A DNA stretch of 64,000 bases from Leptogorgia sarmentosa. Lineage: Eukaryota. Below are positions 50,031-64,000 of the stretch, in pieces. The position numbers and the translations under genes were made by a program. The notes beneath the pieces were generated by a model. The model worked only from the letters and a program-made list of their open reading frames with translations. It did not search any database and was not told where the DNA came from. The DNA lies in NCBI GenBank assembly GCA_964658305.1, contig OZ210885.1, positions 2,976,001-3,040,000 of the forward strand, read 5' to 3'. How positions within the stretch are numbered: position 1 is the first letter of the stretch; each line of letters begins with the position of its first letter.

Positions 50031-52139
50031 ACATGAATAGTTCAATTTGCCTAAATATTTCATTTTCCATATTAGTCTAATATTCATTTATTAATACATT
50101 ACTGTATGTATATAATATTATTTCTATATCGGTATCAATGCAAAGATTAATATACATTTTTACGAACTACTCAGTGTTTTCCTCGTTTCAGAATTGTGGC
50201 AATTGAAACACCAGGCGGGAATCTTAAGCATTTACATAAATTACTCGCTACCTATAATATATACTGGCTATACCGTATTGAAACTCGAAAACAAAGTTCA
50301 ACAAGCCTGGTTTACACATTGTTTTACATGGTGTACCAGAGTGTATCAAAAAGTAAGACAATAAGTTTTGAATGCCTAATTACCCATTATAGGTATACAA
50401 GCGTAAATTTGGGTTTGCAAAAAGCTAATATTATTCTAAAGAACGTAGGTAATTTGCGCGACGTTTTGGAGGGCCGAATTTTTTGAAATTTTTATTAGCA
50501 ATACAAAACTCGGCAGAGGTTCCGTCTATAAACTCGAAATAGCTTTTGAGCGTTTAAATTTAGTGCGCAACTGAGCCCTTTTTTACGGTTGAAAATGACA
50601 CGACTCCTGGATTTCCATTTATTTCTTTGGTTTATTCTGCATTATAAGTACCAAGGCAATGTATATAAACCAAAAACGTTTTACCCTAAGCCGTTTGACA
50701 AAATTGAGAGCAATTTCGAAGAGGAATTTTTATGCATCCTGCATATCCCCTTTCAAAGTATCTTTGCATGACCGGGCAGGAAGAGATTGGGAAGAGCAAT
50801 TTTTAACTCAATACTGAGTTAGTAGATATTTTTGAAAAATAGACAACTCCTCGTTTCTATAAAAATGACTTCCCTATGGATTGAAAGAGCTAGTGAAGGA
50901 TGAAAGCCAATACAAAATGTCCAATTCATTTTTTTTTAATTCATTCCATACTTCCTTTGGCATTTGCTCAGTTGTTCTTTCAAGGTAACGCCAAATGAGG
51001 ATAAAAGCAACTTAAAACAACTATGTGGTCGTCGTAAGACGTGATGCAGACTTTTCATAAGCCGAAACTAATGCAAACGATCTCAAACAAAGAAGTTCGG
51101 CACATGAAAAGTTCGACTTTTGACCTGCGCCTTATTTAAATGTTTTGACGTAAATATTTATTTATTTTCAAAACAAAAAGTTTAACATGAATAAAATGCC
51201 TGGAATTATGTTACTGAAATTTTTGTGCTGTTTGCGGTTATGTAGGTAATTACGGTGATATGTGCTTTAATTAATTTGTTTTTGTATTAGTTTGATCTGC
51301 GTGTATATCTAAGAAGCCTCTCCCATCCGCAGAAAAGAAAAAAACCTCATATAATACCATCCATGATTATCGATACACTGAAAGAACCTAATATATAAAG
51401 ATAAATACGAGATGTGTGAACGTTGAGAGATTGGTTTTGTAGAAAAATGCTAGTGGTTAAGGTAAAACTATTTAACCTTGTGTATTGAAATCTTTGCGGA
51501 ATAAATCTTCGTCACCTTTCCGCAAAAACAAACAATTAAATCATTATAGCAACTATAACAATTATCTGATCCGTAGGGCGTATAAAGGCGTTATTATTTT
51601 CCTCTGCAGATTGATATTTCACTAATTTTACCTCGAAAACTCTTTCTAGATCTGCTTAGTGTTGTTTTTGTTTACTCGTTGTTTGTTTTCATCGAGAATG
51701 AAAGCTGCTTGCATGCACTAAATACCAAATTGAGTCAAACTATCCAAAATATGTAGAAATGAGGGGACGGCGACGTGATGTGATAAAATCTCATGAGGTC
51801 ACTGTATAGTGATACTGTATAATTTCCTTCGGGTGATATAGTGTCATATCACCCGTCATTAACACATCATTCATGATATAACAGATGTTGAGCGTAAACA
51901 TGTTCACACTATATATATGAACAACTGTATGCTCGACGTTAGATAACTCGACCATTTTAGTTGCGAATAGATCCGGCGGACTGCTCATATTCAATCTCGT
52001 AAAGACTCGTATCAATTGTGATCCACGATTTAGCAGAGAAAATCTTGAATTACTGCGCCGAGGTCTACGACTCTACGGGATAGTTTGTTGTGGTACTCAC
52101 TACGTGCAACTGAGAGTATATACGCATTACGCTACCAAA

Positions 52140-52433
52140 ATGCTCAGCAGCAAACACTCTGAACGCCTTTCCGGAACTGAAGCAAAAGCCTCAGTTGTTA
52201 ATCCGTTTGATTTTTACGTGTACGTGGATAATCATTGCCGACAGAAAGCGGCAAAGGAGAGCAAAGATTTGGAACAATTTGCCGAATGCATCGCGTCATC
52301 TCGAGCGAAACAAGACGGTAATTTCCCCCAGAATTTGTCAAGCAAAGCGGAGTCTTACATTTTTGAACAAATGCAGCAAAACGTGTTTCAGGAATTGTGG
52401 CAGGAAGCAAGTAAAGCAGTGTATGGCCAATGA
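52140..52433 (+). CDS. Small hypothetical protein (97 aa), paralog of 62183-62485
   Basis: ATG in caaaATG context; aligns along most of its length with the 62183 ORF (FY...C...A.K...DL...A; N.SSK; LW.EA..AV). Confidence 0.7.
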   Translation: MLSSKHSERLSGTEAKASVVNPFDFYVYVDNHCRQKAAKESKDLEQFAECIASSRAKQDGNFPQNLSSKAESYIFEQMQQNVFQELWQEASKAVYGQ

Positions 52434-53904
52434 CATTGAAGAATTAAAACAATAGAATGCCGTGGACAATTGACAAAGCTTATAGCGGATAAGTTAGAAA
52501 ACTGATAAATTTAGCACTGCGTTCACACAAGACCCTGATAAATATGAAACCGGACTAAAATTTGTCCTGTTTACACAGAATTTGTAAATTCTAGACTTTT
52601 CTACTTGAGTGTTTACCCGGAAACTCGTCTGGTTAGAGGGTCTCGAATTTGTCGGTTCCGTTGTTCTAGTGTGAACGCGAAATGAATTTTATTTCGGACT
52701 CAAATTCGTCTGGTAAACAGGGTCTTAGAATGATGGTGAATTTCTTTGAGTTCCCCAGGGGTCGCATGGACCAGTTGCAATTGGAGCTGAACGGTGTGCG
52801 ATTTCCTGTGAGAATAAATTAAACCAGATGGATTTGTGGACGCTTGTAAATTTTTCCAAACAACGAATGTACAGTAGTGCGTAACGAAAACCCGCATGCA
52901 TTTCAGCATTTGTACGTGGTTTGAGATATGAATGAAATTTATGATGTAATTTCTTGTAAATAAATTCGCGTGATATTTTCACTCAGCTTTAAACATACGC
53001 GTTTTCATTCTGCGCGCTCAGTTTGGGCCACTGGCAGATCACTTTAGGTGGGTGTTGTTATGAATAATGATATTAATGTTAATTTTTACCGTAGTGCTTG
53101 TTAGAATTCTATAGTGCCTTCAGTATTTTGTTCCTGCTGCTGGCGGCTATTGCCTACACTGGCGGCACGGATTTTTTTACGCATACCACCGCAACAAAGT
53201 GTCAAAGGTTTTCGCGCAGATTATGGTAAATCGATCACTAATTCTATACATTTGTACACATTTTTGTTTGCGCAAATTATTCTAATATACCACATGAATA
53301 TGAATGCATGCGTTAGAGTATAAATTTACTGTACGACGTCTAATCCAGGCTCTTCTTATAGAGAACAAAAATACTACTTGGCAGCATTTTGTTACGTTAG
53401 ATTGGCTAGATTCAGAATTGTACATTTAATGGCAGTATTTCTAGCGAACATTAGACATTAGTAACCTGACATTAGTAATCGCATCACGGCATTCCATCTA
53501 CGTATACTTGATTGCGCTCACTACAAACTTTGACCTTTGTCCCGAATACACCATTGAGAAATTATTCTTAAAATAGAAAAAATAAGTGCATGTTATTGTT
53601 TTTGTATGTATATGGTAGGATTAATTTTGGCCCTCAAGACAAAACGGACGCTTGCGGGCAACTTTGTGAGATAGTAGTGATTAATTTAAAATCAGACTGC
53701 AGAATATATAAGCATTTTTTGCATTACCCAAATAAAATATTTTCCAATCGAAGCTGACAACCTAATCAACTCTACCATCATTATTAGTCAACAAATTTAG
53801 CAAGCATCTGTTAAGTGGTGTTTAAAGTTCGTTTTAATTTAAAACGACAACGTAACTTCTGTTACGTCCAATTTAATATCAATGACCCACTCATACATAC
53901 ATTA

Positions 53905-54305
53905 AGCCCTGTTTAAACGAACCCGACATCATCCAACACTGTAGGGCAAATTGTTGCACGATGTTGGATGAAAATTTGAAGCAAGCGTAAAGCTCGAGCC
54001 AACTTTATCCAATATCCAGCATTATCCAACTTTATCCAACATAGTGTTCAAACGAGGACAACAATGTTGGATGATGTTGGACAGACCAGCATGTTGGCTT
54101 CGTTCAAACTGTGCGTTCGTACTGTCCGTGCGAGTGCGATTTTCTCTTTTTGACCGATGTAAACGAGTAAACTAGTTACAAACGGCGTTATGGTGAAGAA
54201 AAATGCACTTAGTACATTAATTATTTATCCACTCATTCACATCCGTCAAAAGAAGAAAATCGCACTAGAAATCGCAGTGAAAGTTGCAAGTGTAAACTGG
54301 CGTTT
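53905..54305. mobile_element. Two adjacent degenerate palindromic MITEs
   Basis: gtttaaacgaac..catccaaca / tgttggatg..ttcgttcaaac (~53905-54112) and gtgcgattttt / aaaatcgcac (~54115-54305). Confidence 0.55.
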
Positions 54306-55763
54306 AGGCTCAGGGCTATGGGGACATGAAAATCTTACGAACGTTTCAGTCAGTATTTCAGTAAAACGTGTAGGTTATTATTGCAAATAGGATACGATAA
54401 GAATATTCTGTATTTATGAAATTGCTGTTATATACCATAGCTTCCGAATGTGCACTAAAATCGTAGAGCCATGAGTTAGATTACTGACAGAGCACCTATA
54501 CTGTAGTTGCATTTTCAATAATTAGTGTTGGTAAAAATAATGTATATATAATTGTCCATTCTCTTTTAAATGATTATCGACCGAATCTTGTTATATTAAA
54601 GTCCAGCTTTATTATAAAAAAAACAATTGTTCAATCTTTATGCGTCAAATGTCACCCTGTCATGAGGTGTTATCATACGTTTCTATAAAGAGATCCATGA
54701 GACTTAATTACACGTATATGAAATCATGAATATTAATGATTTGCGTCAAACCAAAATTTAGAAATTCAAACTGACAATGTCTTGTGTATATCACCTGAAG
54801 CTTGATACAAATAAAACCATAAGGTATACTATTATTGCTTCGAAGCACTAGTGGGGTTATGATTTTCTGAATGTGATAACTGGTTTAAAACATACAATTT
54901 TAAACATCTTATGACGAAACTATACTTTCGTATTTGAAATTTCTGTGAATTTCTAGCAAGTGGCTTATTATATGATAACCACATCTTCAGGCGCTGTTTG
55001 TATAAAAACGCAGTTCAAGTTAACTATAGTTTTTAGTGCGAAAGTGAACGGGTAGTTAAAACATAGTTAAGAGTTTATACAACCCAGAAATGCATCAATA
55101 GTATAACACATCAATATTTTTGTCATCTGGTGTACTTTGAACTGCAGCTAATTTCCATAGCAACTTTCTTTTCTCTGTCGATGAATATGGTCACAAGTCA
55201 CAACAGTATGGTTGCAAGGTATGGCCCGACTGCACAGTTAACGTACCAGCTTCGCTCGCGCAACATTATGACTGTATACTGATAGTACCTGTTGTATATA
55301 GTACTTAAATACGCAGGAAGACAACTGTAGGGTATTCTGTGCTGTTTACCTATAATATTTCTATAGCTGTAATGTCCACCTCACTTTTTTTTCTTACGGC
55401 GAATATTTAAGTAACAAGATGTAAGATTTCAGTTTTCACTGCAACCGGAGCTTTAGTTTTATGCAAGAATACGATAATGGACCTGTAACACACGCAGCAA
55501 AATTGCTACTATAGCTAATTATAAACAGTTCCGCATGTGACTGAGGTGAAATTAAATGCAGCATTAGAGCAGCGCCGGCACGTAGCAAGAGTGAAATTCT
55601 GGCAGCCAGATGTGAGTTGCTATACGTACTTAAACTATAGAGCGAAGCTATTTACTGAGATAAACGAGTATAAGTTTAACTCCATCAGTATTACCAGGCG
55701 AATAAAACTGTCCAGAGTCTGCATGCACAGTGCATCGGCGGGGCTCATATTCATTTTTGTGTG

Positions 55764-55879
55764 CCCGTTTTAGAATTTAGACACCGTCGCATCGAATGCA
55801 ATTCAAACAATACTGAGTTAATGAGAAAACTCAGCTCATTAACTATTGTTTGAATTGCATTCGACGTCTAAAACGGGCC
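55764..55879. mobile_element. Short palindromic MITE
   Basis: gcccgttttaga...tcgaatgcaattcaaacaata / tattgtttgaattgcattcga...tctaaaacgggc. Confidence 0.65.
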
Positions 55880-56961
55880 TTAACATACCATGCATAAAAG
55901 CAAATGATTGTAAAAGAAATTGATCAGTGAAGTTGAACACGAATATACGAATATGCCCCCCCCCTGAATTATTGCTCTGGCTAGGCTACTGGTAGTTTGA
56001 ATTTAGATTTTTAATTTTTACCATGCAAACACGAATATTAAAAACTTTACGTAGGAAATTGACCTCGGCTGCATTGCGCAATTTCAAACTATAATTCGAT
56101 GTATATTGTTTCTTTACTCATAGTAGGCTAAACTTGGCTTTCTTGAAATATACGAATAACATATATATCATTGATTTTTCGTGAGTATTCAAAAGTTCGT
56201 GATTGCTTGGAAGTTAACAACAGAAAAAAGCTTTAATACTGAACGCACAGTCGCACGTTTGGATGTTTCTTGGGTTTCAATTCCAATTAGAATTACATCA
56301 AACTCTGCTATATTTATCAGGAGTGCGTCAGTAAATGCCATAATTAAAATAAAGTACGTTTTTCCTATACGACAATGAAAACTAAGATTATTCAAGTGTT
56401 GCCTCAAGCTGCGTAATATGGCATGCACGCAACATTTCATGCCTGGGTAATGTAACTGAAATGATATTCAAAATTTAGATAGCCAAATAAGTACAGTTAA
56501 AACTTCAGCTGCGCAAACATTGGTCCATGGCTCGATTAGACCGCGTTCAATAAAATGTATGGCCAGTATGGGCTACATTGAACCGCAACAGCACAAGCTT
56601 TTGATCTGGATCAATGTATTGGAACTGGAATACTGGGCAGGTTTTATCAGAATTCAGAACCATTAAAACGGTTGTTGAATTGTTTCTCCTACAACTTGTC
56701 ACGCGACAAGAATAAAATGTGAACGACTTGTCACGCGACAAGAACAAATCGTGAGAACAAAATGAAATCATGTTAAAATTTTATGAACACTCGACCTTTG
56801 TGTACATGTACAAGAACCAAACATATAGCGGATGTATTTTCGCAAAGAAAGTGAATTGTACGCGCACATGCAATAGAATTAGGCATTCAAAAGGAAACAG
56901 TTCGTCTTTAAAGACGAGTTTTAGAGGGGGGAAACTGACGCATTCCTTTAGAATATAAATA

Positions 56962-57553
56962 ATTGGTCATGGGAGCGGGAGGCCTTTTGATTATTTGATA
57001 TAATCTGCTCTAATTTAGAAGTATTGCAAGAAATTCGATCGAATATACACTTGATTGTGCCTGCAATGCTGAAGAACATCGCTGTAAAGTGTTGTTTTGA
57101 AAGTAAAAGTCAATAAATACTATTCAGTTTTATACTTTGGGCAACACACTTCAATTTGTGGCCAGTGCCTTTCTATTAACTGCCTAAACAATTATAATAA
57201 GATCCGACGTTCCCCAAAATGGTTTGGACTTTGGACTTAAGGGAAATGTGTAACTGGTCATGGGAGGCCTGTTGATATAATATGCTCTAATTTAAGGAAG
57301 TATTGCAAGAAATTCCAAATTCGATCGAATATACACTTGATTGTGCCTGCAATGCTGAAGAACATCGCTGTAAGGCGTTGTTTTGAAAGTAAAAGTCAAT
57401 AAATACTATTCAATTGTATACTTTGGGCAACACACGTACTTCAATTTGTGGCCAGTGCCTTTCCATTAACTGCCTAAACAATTATAATAAGATCCGACGC
57501 TCCCCAAAATGGTTTGGACTTTGGACTTTGGACTTGAGGGAAATTTGTAACTG
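56962..57553. repeat. ~290-bp tandem duplication (2 copies)
   Basis: tggtcatggga...ggactttggactt.agggaaat.tgtaac repeated, with small indels. Confidence 0.9.
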
Positions 57554-58811
57554 TTCACTTTGAAAGTACTATCTTATACAAGTGCCCTCACTCAAGAAAA
57601 CAAATTTGCGACGTACTAGATAAATGTTTGTTAATTGGAGTCAAGTACCGATCGTAAATACGATTAAAATTAATCAGGGCAATATGTCATCAAAACCTTG
57701 AAACACTGAGAGATTCACTCACAGAAGTTAGGAGATAAAATAGTTTTACTATCAAAAATACTTCAATTTTATTTTGGTCGAAAGGTTTCAAAGCATTCGT
57801 TGTATTTGTTGACTGTACTGTTGGATTTTCTTCTCATTTAAGCCAACTAAAGCTGGAATCATCACGATATCAATAAATGTCACGGTCAACTATAAATATG
57901 ACATTGAAAAAATCTACTGATTTAACAATGTTTTCAGTGTCACACAAACAAATTGTACTTTGCTTTCAAAAACCTAGCTATCACAAGAACAACTCCAAAC
58001 ATATTATGTATTTGTGACCAATTTAAAATATCTCAGCACAACTTTCAAATAATGAGTTCACGAAATATTCCGTATTTTGGGCACTTTCTATAAACTATTA
58101 AACTTGCCGATGAACAAGGACCAGCTCAGAACTAAGAAGATATCAATAATGGTAGTGACTATCTTCAACGTAACTCACACGGAAAAAGCTTTTTGATACC
58201 CTTTCAAACCCAAACTATACAATAGAAAAACAAGTTTTGCTGAATTGAGCTAATTTTTCATTTATCTGTACATAGCTTATCTTTGTTGTCATGCATGGTA
58301 ACAAAAATCGGGCAGTAATACATTTACAGATATATTTATGTTGATAACAGGTAGATTGCTATAATGTAATTATTCTGTTTGTGTTACCGGGCATGTTGTT
58401 TTGATGTTGGTATGTTACATAATCAAAGTTATCTGATATTGGTTATAGTTATCTCATTGTTTTATTGTAACCGCCTAGTCTTGCGGAACACGTGAATATG
58501 GGGCCAAGATTCGCATGCCCTAGAAATATAAATGGTTAATGTTAAAAGTTTATTTTCAAAGTCTTTTGCGACATTTTTCTGTATGAATGGTTTAGTGTAG
58601 TGACCAGTGACCACCCCGACTATATTTTGCAGCAAATATAGAATTTAAAAATATTGTTCACGTGTTTAGCATGCTGTTTATTTCTGACCTAAAACTGATG
58701 CTTTAGGCCTTTCAATTGATTTGTTTTTTATTTTCATGACATTGCAACCCAGTCACTGCTCACACACACATCAGTTTGTTACACAGATGGATGGTTGTCT
58801 GAAATTTCTTA

Positions 58812-59005
58812 AGCCCTTTCGACACAACTACACGAGCAATTTTTATGTGACAATTTTGCATATGACAATTTTTATTTACCCGTATAGACAAGCAAAATTG
58901 GGCAATTTTTGTGTGGCAAATACATTTTTTGAAAAGCTGTCGTGTTAGCTTTTATGTGGCAAATAAAAATTGCCACATAAAATTTCCTCGTGTAAACTTG
59001 GCTTT
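58812..59005. mobile_element. Degenerate Harbinger-like MITE
   Basis: tacacgagcaatttttatgtgacaatt / aattgccacataaaatttcctcgtgta. Confidence 0.55.
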
Positions 59006-59451
59006 AAACTTGACACTCATACATGCTTCTTGCCAAAATAGCCTTTAATGTATAAGCAGCTTCAACTATGGTCAAAACACTGATGACACATATTTGCATG
59101 TTGCCATTGCAGGACTAAATTATTGAACTCTTCCCCTCCTCTCTGCATATCATTATTGAACTGTGTAACGTAACATGTTGAAGACATTGAACATAGAACC
59201 AACATTGTTTTGCAGGCGAGAGGATCATTCAATGATAAAATCTGACATTTTCTAAATACTAGCGAGCAAAGTCCACGTCCACGAACAACTAATCAACGTC
59301 CACCCGCCCTATTTGTTAGATATTGTTATTACCTATACATTCAATAGGTATTTTCTTTCCGGATTGGTCAGGAAGTCCATATTTATTACGTAATTTCCGC
59401 CGATGACGTTATCAAATAACAATAATTGAACGCTCTCGTGCCAAAGCCCTG

Positions 59452-59681
59452 GGGCCGGTTGTTTAAACGGTGGATAAGTCCGAAATATGAAGCAAGTCTG
59501 TGTGTTCATTGAACAATCAAAATAAAATTTTTCAGTTTGGAAAGAACACTTATAGCTACGAACACAACTACAAATTTAGTGTTTAATATTTATGCTTAGT
59601 TTTTTCACAAGAGCAATGGGAGTGTAGTTTAAAACCGACTTTTCCGCCGTTTACGCTAAACGGGCTACGAACAACCGGCCC
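59452..59681. mobile_element. PIF/Harbinger-like MITE, same family as 48711 (degenerate relative at ~60430-60760)
   Basis: gggccggttgtt / aacaaccggccc; TSD ctg. Confidence 0.8.
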
Positions 59682-61212
59682 CTGGTGAAAGCAACAACTC
59701 GAGCCTGAATAAAACAAACAAAATGGCTCGCAATTATTTTTTATTTTTAATTTGCGTTGACGTCAGTATGAAGCATATCATCAAACAGCTGTACACTACC
59801 CGTATGATGTATATCATCGGCAAAACGAGAGACCATGATGGCTATGATGGCTTTGACAAACACGCTGTAACATTTCCGGTTTACGCCTGGATGTTGTATC
59901 TCAACTATATGGTGAAGGGCAGCTCTTGAGGGCATACGCAAGAGGAAATTCCTAACTTGAAAACGGCTTTTTCTAGCTCGTCACTCTGCATTGACCATAT
60001 ATATATATTGCGTAAATAAGTGCCTTACATCAATGAAGCAGTTTTTCCTTTCCTGAACGGTCGTTGCCTTCCGAAACGGTCGAGGCGTTTCTTACTTGTT
60101 TTTTGTTTGCCTAGATTGTGATTTCGAATTCACTGAAAACCTTCGTATACTGAATTCAAAATGCGACAGGGAATTCAGCGATCGTTTACGAAAGGGAAAT
60201 ATGCATGGGCGAAACCGCGTGTTGAATAAGCCATGAGCTGTAACCACATGTGGTTAGGAAAATCACAATTTATAGAAATGTGGGCGAGTGTGTAATCAGT
60301 GAGTTCTTTTTTGCGTCATATTCCCGCGTGTCTTGGCGCACCACCTGCCACGCATGCTGGCGATATGATAATCATGTTTTTCACAACTGTCGAAAATAAC
60401 ATCGAAAAGTTGGATAAAAATAATAACAGGCGGATTGCATCAAAGGCGTTCAGCCTAAACGGCGGATGAGTAAAACTCCCAAACAAGTTTATGAACTATA
60501 ATCTATATAAACCACAAGCTAGCTAAACGTTTCTGTCTAAACATAACAACAACGAAAAAAAGATAGATGACTTAAGGTTAAGATAGATGACCAACTGAAG
60601 TTCTTGGCCTAACAGTGTTGCACGATTGCATGCTTGGACGAAAATTTTAAGCAAGCTCAACGAAGCCAATACCGTACAACAATGTTGGATGATGTTGAAC
60701 CAACAATCAACAGGCATTCATCCACCGTTTGAGCTAAACCTAAACGCCCTTCATACAAACAGTCTCAGGTCGGGAAGTCAAATTTTAAATCGCACTTCCG
60801 TCTTTAAATGACCATGCATATTAAGTTTACACACAATGCAATGAAGGTTCTTTTTAAACTGAAAAATTTGATCGTTCATTGAATCCTTTTTTTGATATTT
60901 TGAACCTACCCGCGTTTGGAGTTACACGACTGCGAGCAACCGGCCCTGGAGCTCTAAATGTTGCCGTATATAAAGCACGGAAATTAGCGGCATCCCTTTA
61001 ACGTAAGACAACATCAGCTCTCGAGATTCCACAACAGCTTCGTTATATAATACAGCGCAGGGGTCGGCTACCCATGCAGCTTATTTAAAAGGTGGATGGA
61101 TAAGTCTGCCACATGAAGGAAGTCTGTAGCTATATATTCATAAATTGAACCATCAAATGATATAATTTTTCAATCTGAAAACCACAATTATGTGCGCAAC
61201 TACATATATTTA

Positions 61213-61601
61213 GGGCCTGTTCATATGAGCAAAAGTTATCCCGGTTGGCGAGAAAACATTTCGTCTAGCCAAATAATTTTGTTCTGTTCACATGGAGAAA
61301 AGTTATCCCGCTTACCGGGAAAAGTTTCCGGCAGTGACGAGAGAAACAATGAAAGATTTCCGGTTAAGCGAGAAAGTTCTGGTTATGTTGTGTTCATATG
61401 GGACAAAAATGATTTCTGTCACCGAGATCTCGCCTGCCAACAAGCGAGCTCTCGGTACCCGGGAAAACTTTTCGTCTCATATGAACGAAATGTAACTATT
61501 CGTACTAATTTTATTAGGAAGGCGAGATCTCGCTTGTAAACTTGAGTTGTCGAAATGTTTTCTCGCTAACCGGGATAACTTTTGCTCATATGAACAGGCC
61601 C
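61213..61601. mobile_element. PIF/Harbinger-like MITE (389 bp)
   Basis: ~50-bp TIR gggcctgttcatatgagcaaaagttatcccggtt.gcgagaaaacatttcg; TSD tta. Confidence 0.92.
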
Positions 61602-62182
61602 TTAGTGTTTAAAATTCGTGTTCATGCAGTTACTCACGAGACCGAATGTAGCCTAAATTTGACTTATCAGCCGTTCAAGGTCAATTCTACTACATGTGAT
61701 GATAAATCTGATATCGGCATTCTTGTGTTTTGGACGTTGACCCGACAGGTATGCGATTATTGCAAAATACTCTTGAAAGATCAAGGTCCGGACTATGAAG
61801 ATTATAGGGAGTTTTGTCATGCCATTATGACATTCTGAAGCAGAGACAGGCCCAGTGTTGTTTACATGATCATGTTTGGTCAGGCATGCGAGATATGCTA
61901 AGGAGGATTAATAATGACGCGTAGGTGGCAGTCACACGTCGCGTGCAATTGATTTCTACTTTTATCGTATCTATTTTACGAGCCTTGTTGATTGCTTCGT
62001 CGCTGCTAATATATTATTTATCTCACATCGTCGCCGAAATCACGCAATGTTTTCGTTTAAAGGAAGACTTGCAACGGATGTTTCTAAAACGTTTTGCAAT
62101 TGAATAATGAAATAATAGGAGGCTTTATTGTGTAATGCATTGTTACTGGATTGGCGGGAAATTGTTTTAAAGTGGAAACACG

Positions 62183-62485
62183 ATGTCACAGGAAAAGCAG
62201 TTACGTAGAGGCGACAGTTTGACAAAAATGAGTGCGCAGGAGTTTTATGAAAGTCTTCAGGACGAATGCAAAGAAGAGGCTGAAAAGTTAACAGAAGATT
62301 TAAAAATGACGGCCGATGACTTATCACTTCGCCGTTCACCGCGCTCACAAAGACATAGCGAATTGTTTCGTAATGTTTCGTCGAAAATGGCTAACCACAT
62401 GAAAACAGATTTGGAAAACAAAATTTATAAACAATTATGGGACGAAGCAAATGCTGCGGTGTTTCAAAATTTATCCTCGAGGTAG
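62183..62485 (+). CDS. Small hypothetical protein (100 aa), paralog of 52140-52433
   Basis: Open ATG-to-stop frame with helical, charged composition; downstream aataaa (~62525, ~62756); homology to the 52140 ORF. Confidence 0.72.
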   Translation: MSQEKQLRRGDSLTKMSAQEFYESLQDECKEEAEKLTEDLKMTADDLSLRRSPRSQRHSELFRNVSSKMANHMKTDLENKIYKQLWDEANAAVFQNLSSR

Positions 62486-63895
62486 CTGAATGCAGAGAAC
62501 TTAATTTGACTAACGACAGCTGAAAATAAAAGGCAAGAAATTATCAAATTATAAACACAAGCGACGACGGTTTTATATATATGGCCGGCACGTGTACAAT
62601 TAAAGTTTATCTAATATTTATTTATTATAGCATGATTAACTCGAATTGGATTGTGGAGAGGTATTCCATTTTAAAAACTAATGGATCTATCATCTATTTT
62701 AATCTACTTTAATCATTTTAAAAGAGATTTTGTAAATTTGTAGATATTCATGTGTAATAAATCTGTAAAAACAAGTTCTTAAATGCATAAATAATTTGTG
62801 GTGTTTTCATCCAATTAAAATACAGGCATGGCGTAATGACACCTCGTAAATTTTCTACAAATTATATATATAAACCACAAAAATGTTAATCAGTTCAATC
62901 ACATGTGGTTTAAACTCGGTCCTGAGACAATCACGAATTCTTGTAGCATGTGTGCATGTGAATGGATCACTTCTACACTTCAATCCAGTGCCGTAGCCAG
63001 AACGATTAGTAATCTCTTTTAAAATAAATTGTTTCTATGGTAGTAGCTATGTGAACACGAATGGCGTTGTTAAGATTAAACTGCAGTTTGAAATGCGACT
63101 GTCAGTGTGTGCCCACTTGATTACATCCGCCAGAGTGGATTTACTTACACTGTACACAAAATATGAAATTCCAGAGGCACAGAAATATCAAGTTCGTCAA
63201 ACTAAATATTTCATTGAATGCATAATTAATTTATGCAGGTTCATTTTTTTTTTGGGAAACCGGCTGTATACAGGTGCAGTAGTCTGGAATAATGTACCAA
63301 GTTTACCTTTTTTGCGAAGGTATCAAAGGGGCAAAGGGGCTAAAGGGGCCCTGCATAAAAATAAAACCGAAATATATATAGTAATCTAGTAATCCCAAAT
63401 ACCCTAACAGAGTGTTGATTTTGCCTTTTCAAGTTTCTTACATTTCAAAAAATTTCCGGGGGGAGAATGCCTCCCGACCCCTCTAACACTTTTTACCGCT
63501 ATCAAGAGCTCCAAAGTCAAATTTTGTCCCGGGTCCCCAAATTGCTCAGTGTGGCCCAGCTTTTGCGTTATTCGTTTACATGTTAATTCTATTTAAGGTC
63601 AAATCGTTTTGAATGATTCACGCAGCAGCTTAAAACTGGTTACCGTATCTAGGCCTACTTCTTGGTTGACAATCAAAATTAACACGTGCACAACAGCAGA
63701 GATCAGACACGGATACTTTTTTAATGCGTTGGGCATAGTTGTTACTTTCAAAATATAACAAGAATAGTGAAATAGCCGAGTTTTTTCGGTGTGATAGCTG
63801 AAATAAACTTCAAAGTGTGAACCAAGATGGCGCTTATTGGCAGATTGTTTAGACGTCGTGTGCAAACGAAGAATAATTTTGAGTCAATCAAAGTA

Positions 63896-64000
63896 CAGTC
63901 GAACCTCCATTAAGCACCCACACTCTAATTAAACGGCCATAAGTCCCAAAAATATTTGTTATTAATTATTAAAGATAAGACCTCTATTAAACGGCCACCC
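63896..64000. mobile_element. Probable Tc1/mariner-pogo-type element left end, truncated by the window
   Basis: TA followed by cagtcgaacctc, with repeated acctc.attaa.cggcca motifs. The other end is not visible. Confidence 0.5.

Noticed and set aside
61192..61539. 115-aa ORF
   Set aside because: Lies almost entirely within a 389-bp Harbinger-like MITE; no transposase motifs.

Overview
AT-rich, intron-containing animal genomic DNA, not prokaryotic. The PAN + fibrinogen-domain exons and the repeat repertoire suggest a marine invertebrate, possibly a cnidarian (inference only). Positions 1-45862 are the right end of a tandem array of a non-coding ~8.6-kb unit: four near-identical copies plus a more diverged partial fifth copy. 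The copies differ mainly by recent, precisely bounded transposon events clustered in ~1.7 kb of the unit: hAT-like MITE insertions with 8-bp TSDs, an excision footprint, a Helentron/HINE-type trimer, a LINE 3' fragment and a deletion. The most notable structure is a 4.8-kb composite transposon (16536-21353). Two direct copies of a ~470-bp MITE bracket a host-gene segment with three intact, in-phase exons (PAN-like domain, linker, N-terminal part of a fibrinogen-related domain) and their introns. One 8-bp TSD flanks the whole block, which sits inside another MITE. Positions 45863-64000 are mostly unique, MITE-littered sequence with two homologous ~100-aa single-exon ORFs of unknown family. I found no transposase, rRNA, tRNA, snRNA or CRISPR array. 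Most ORFs in the supplied track are spurious.
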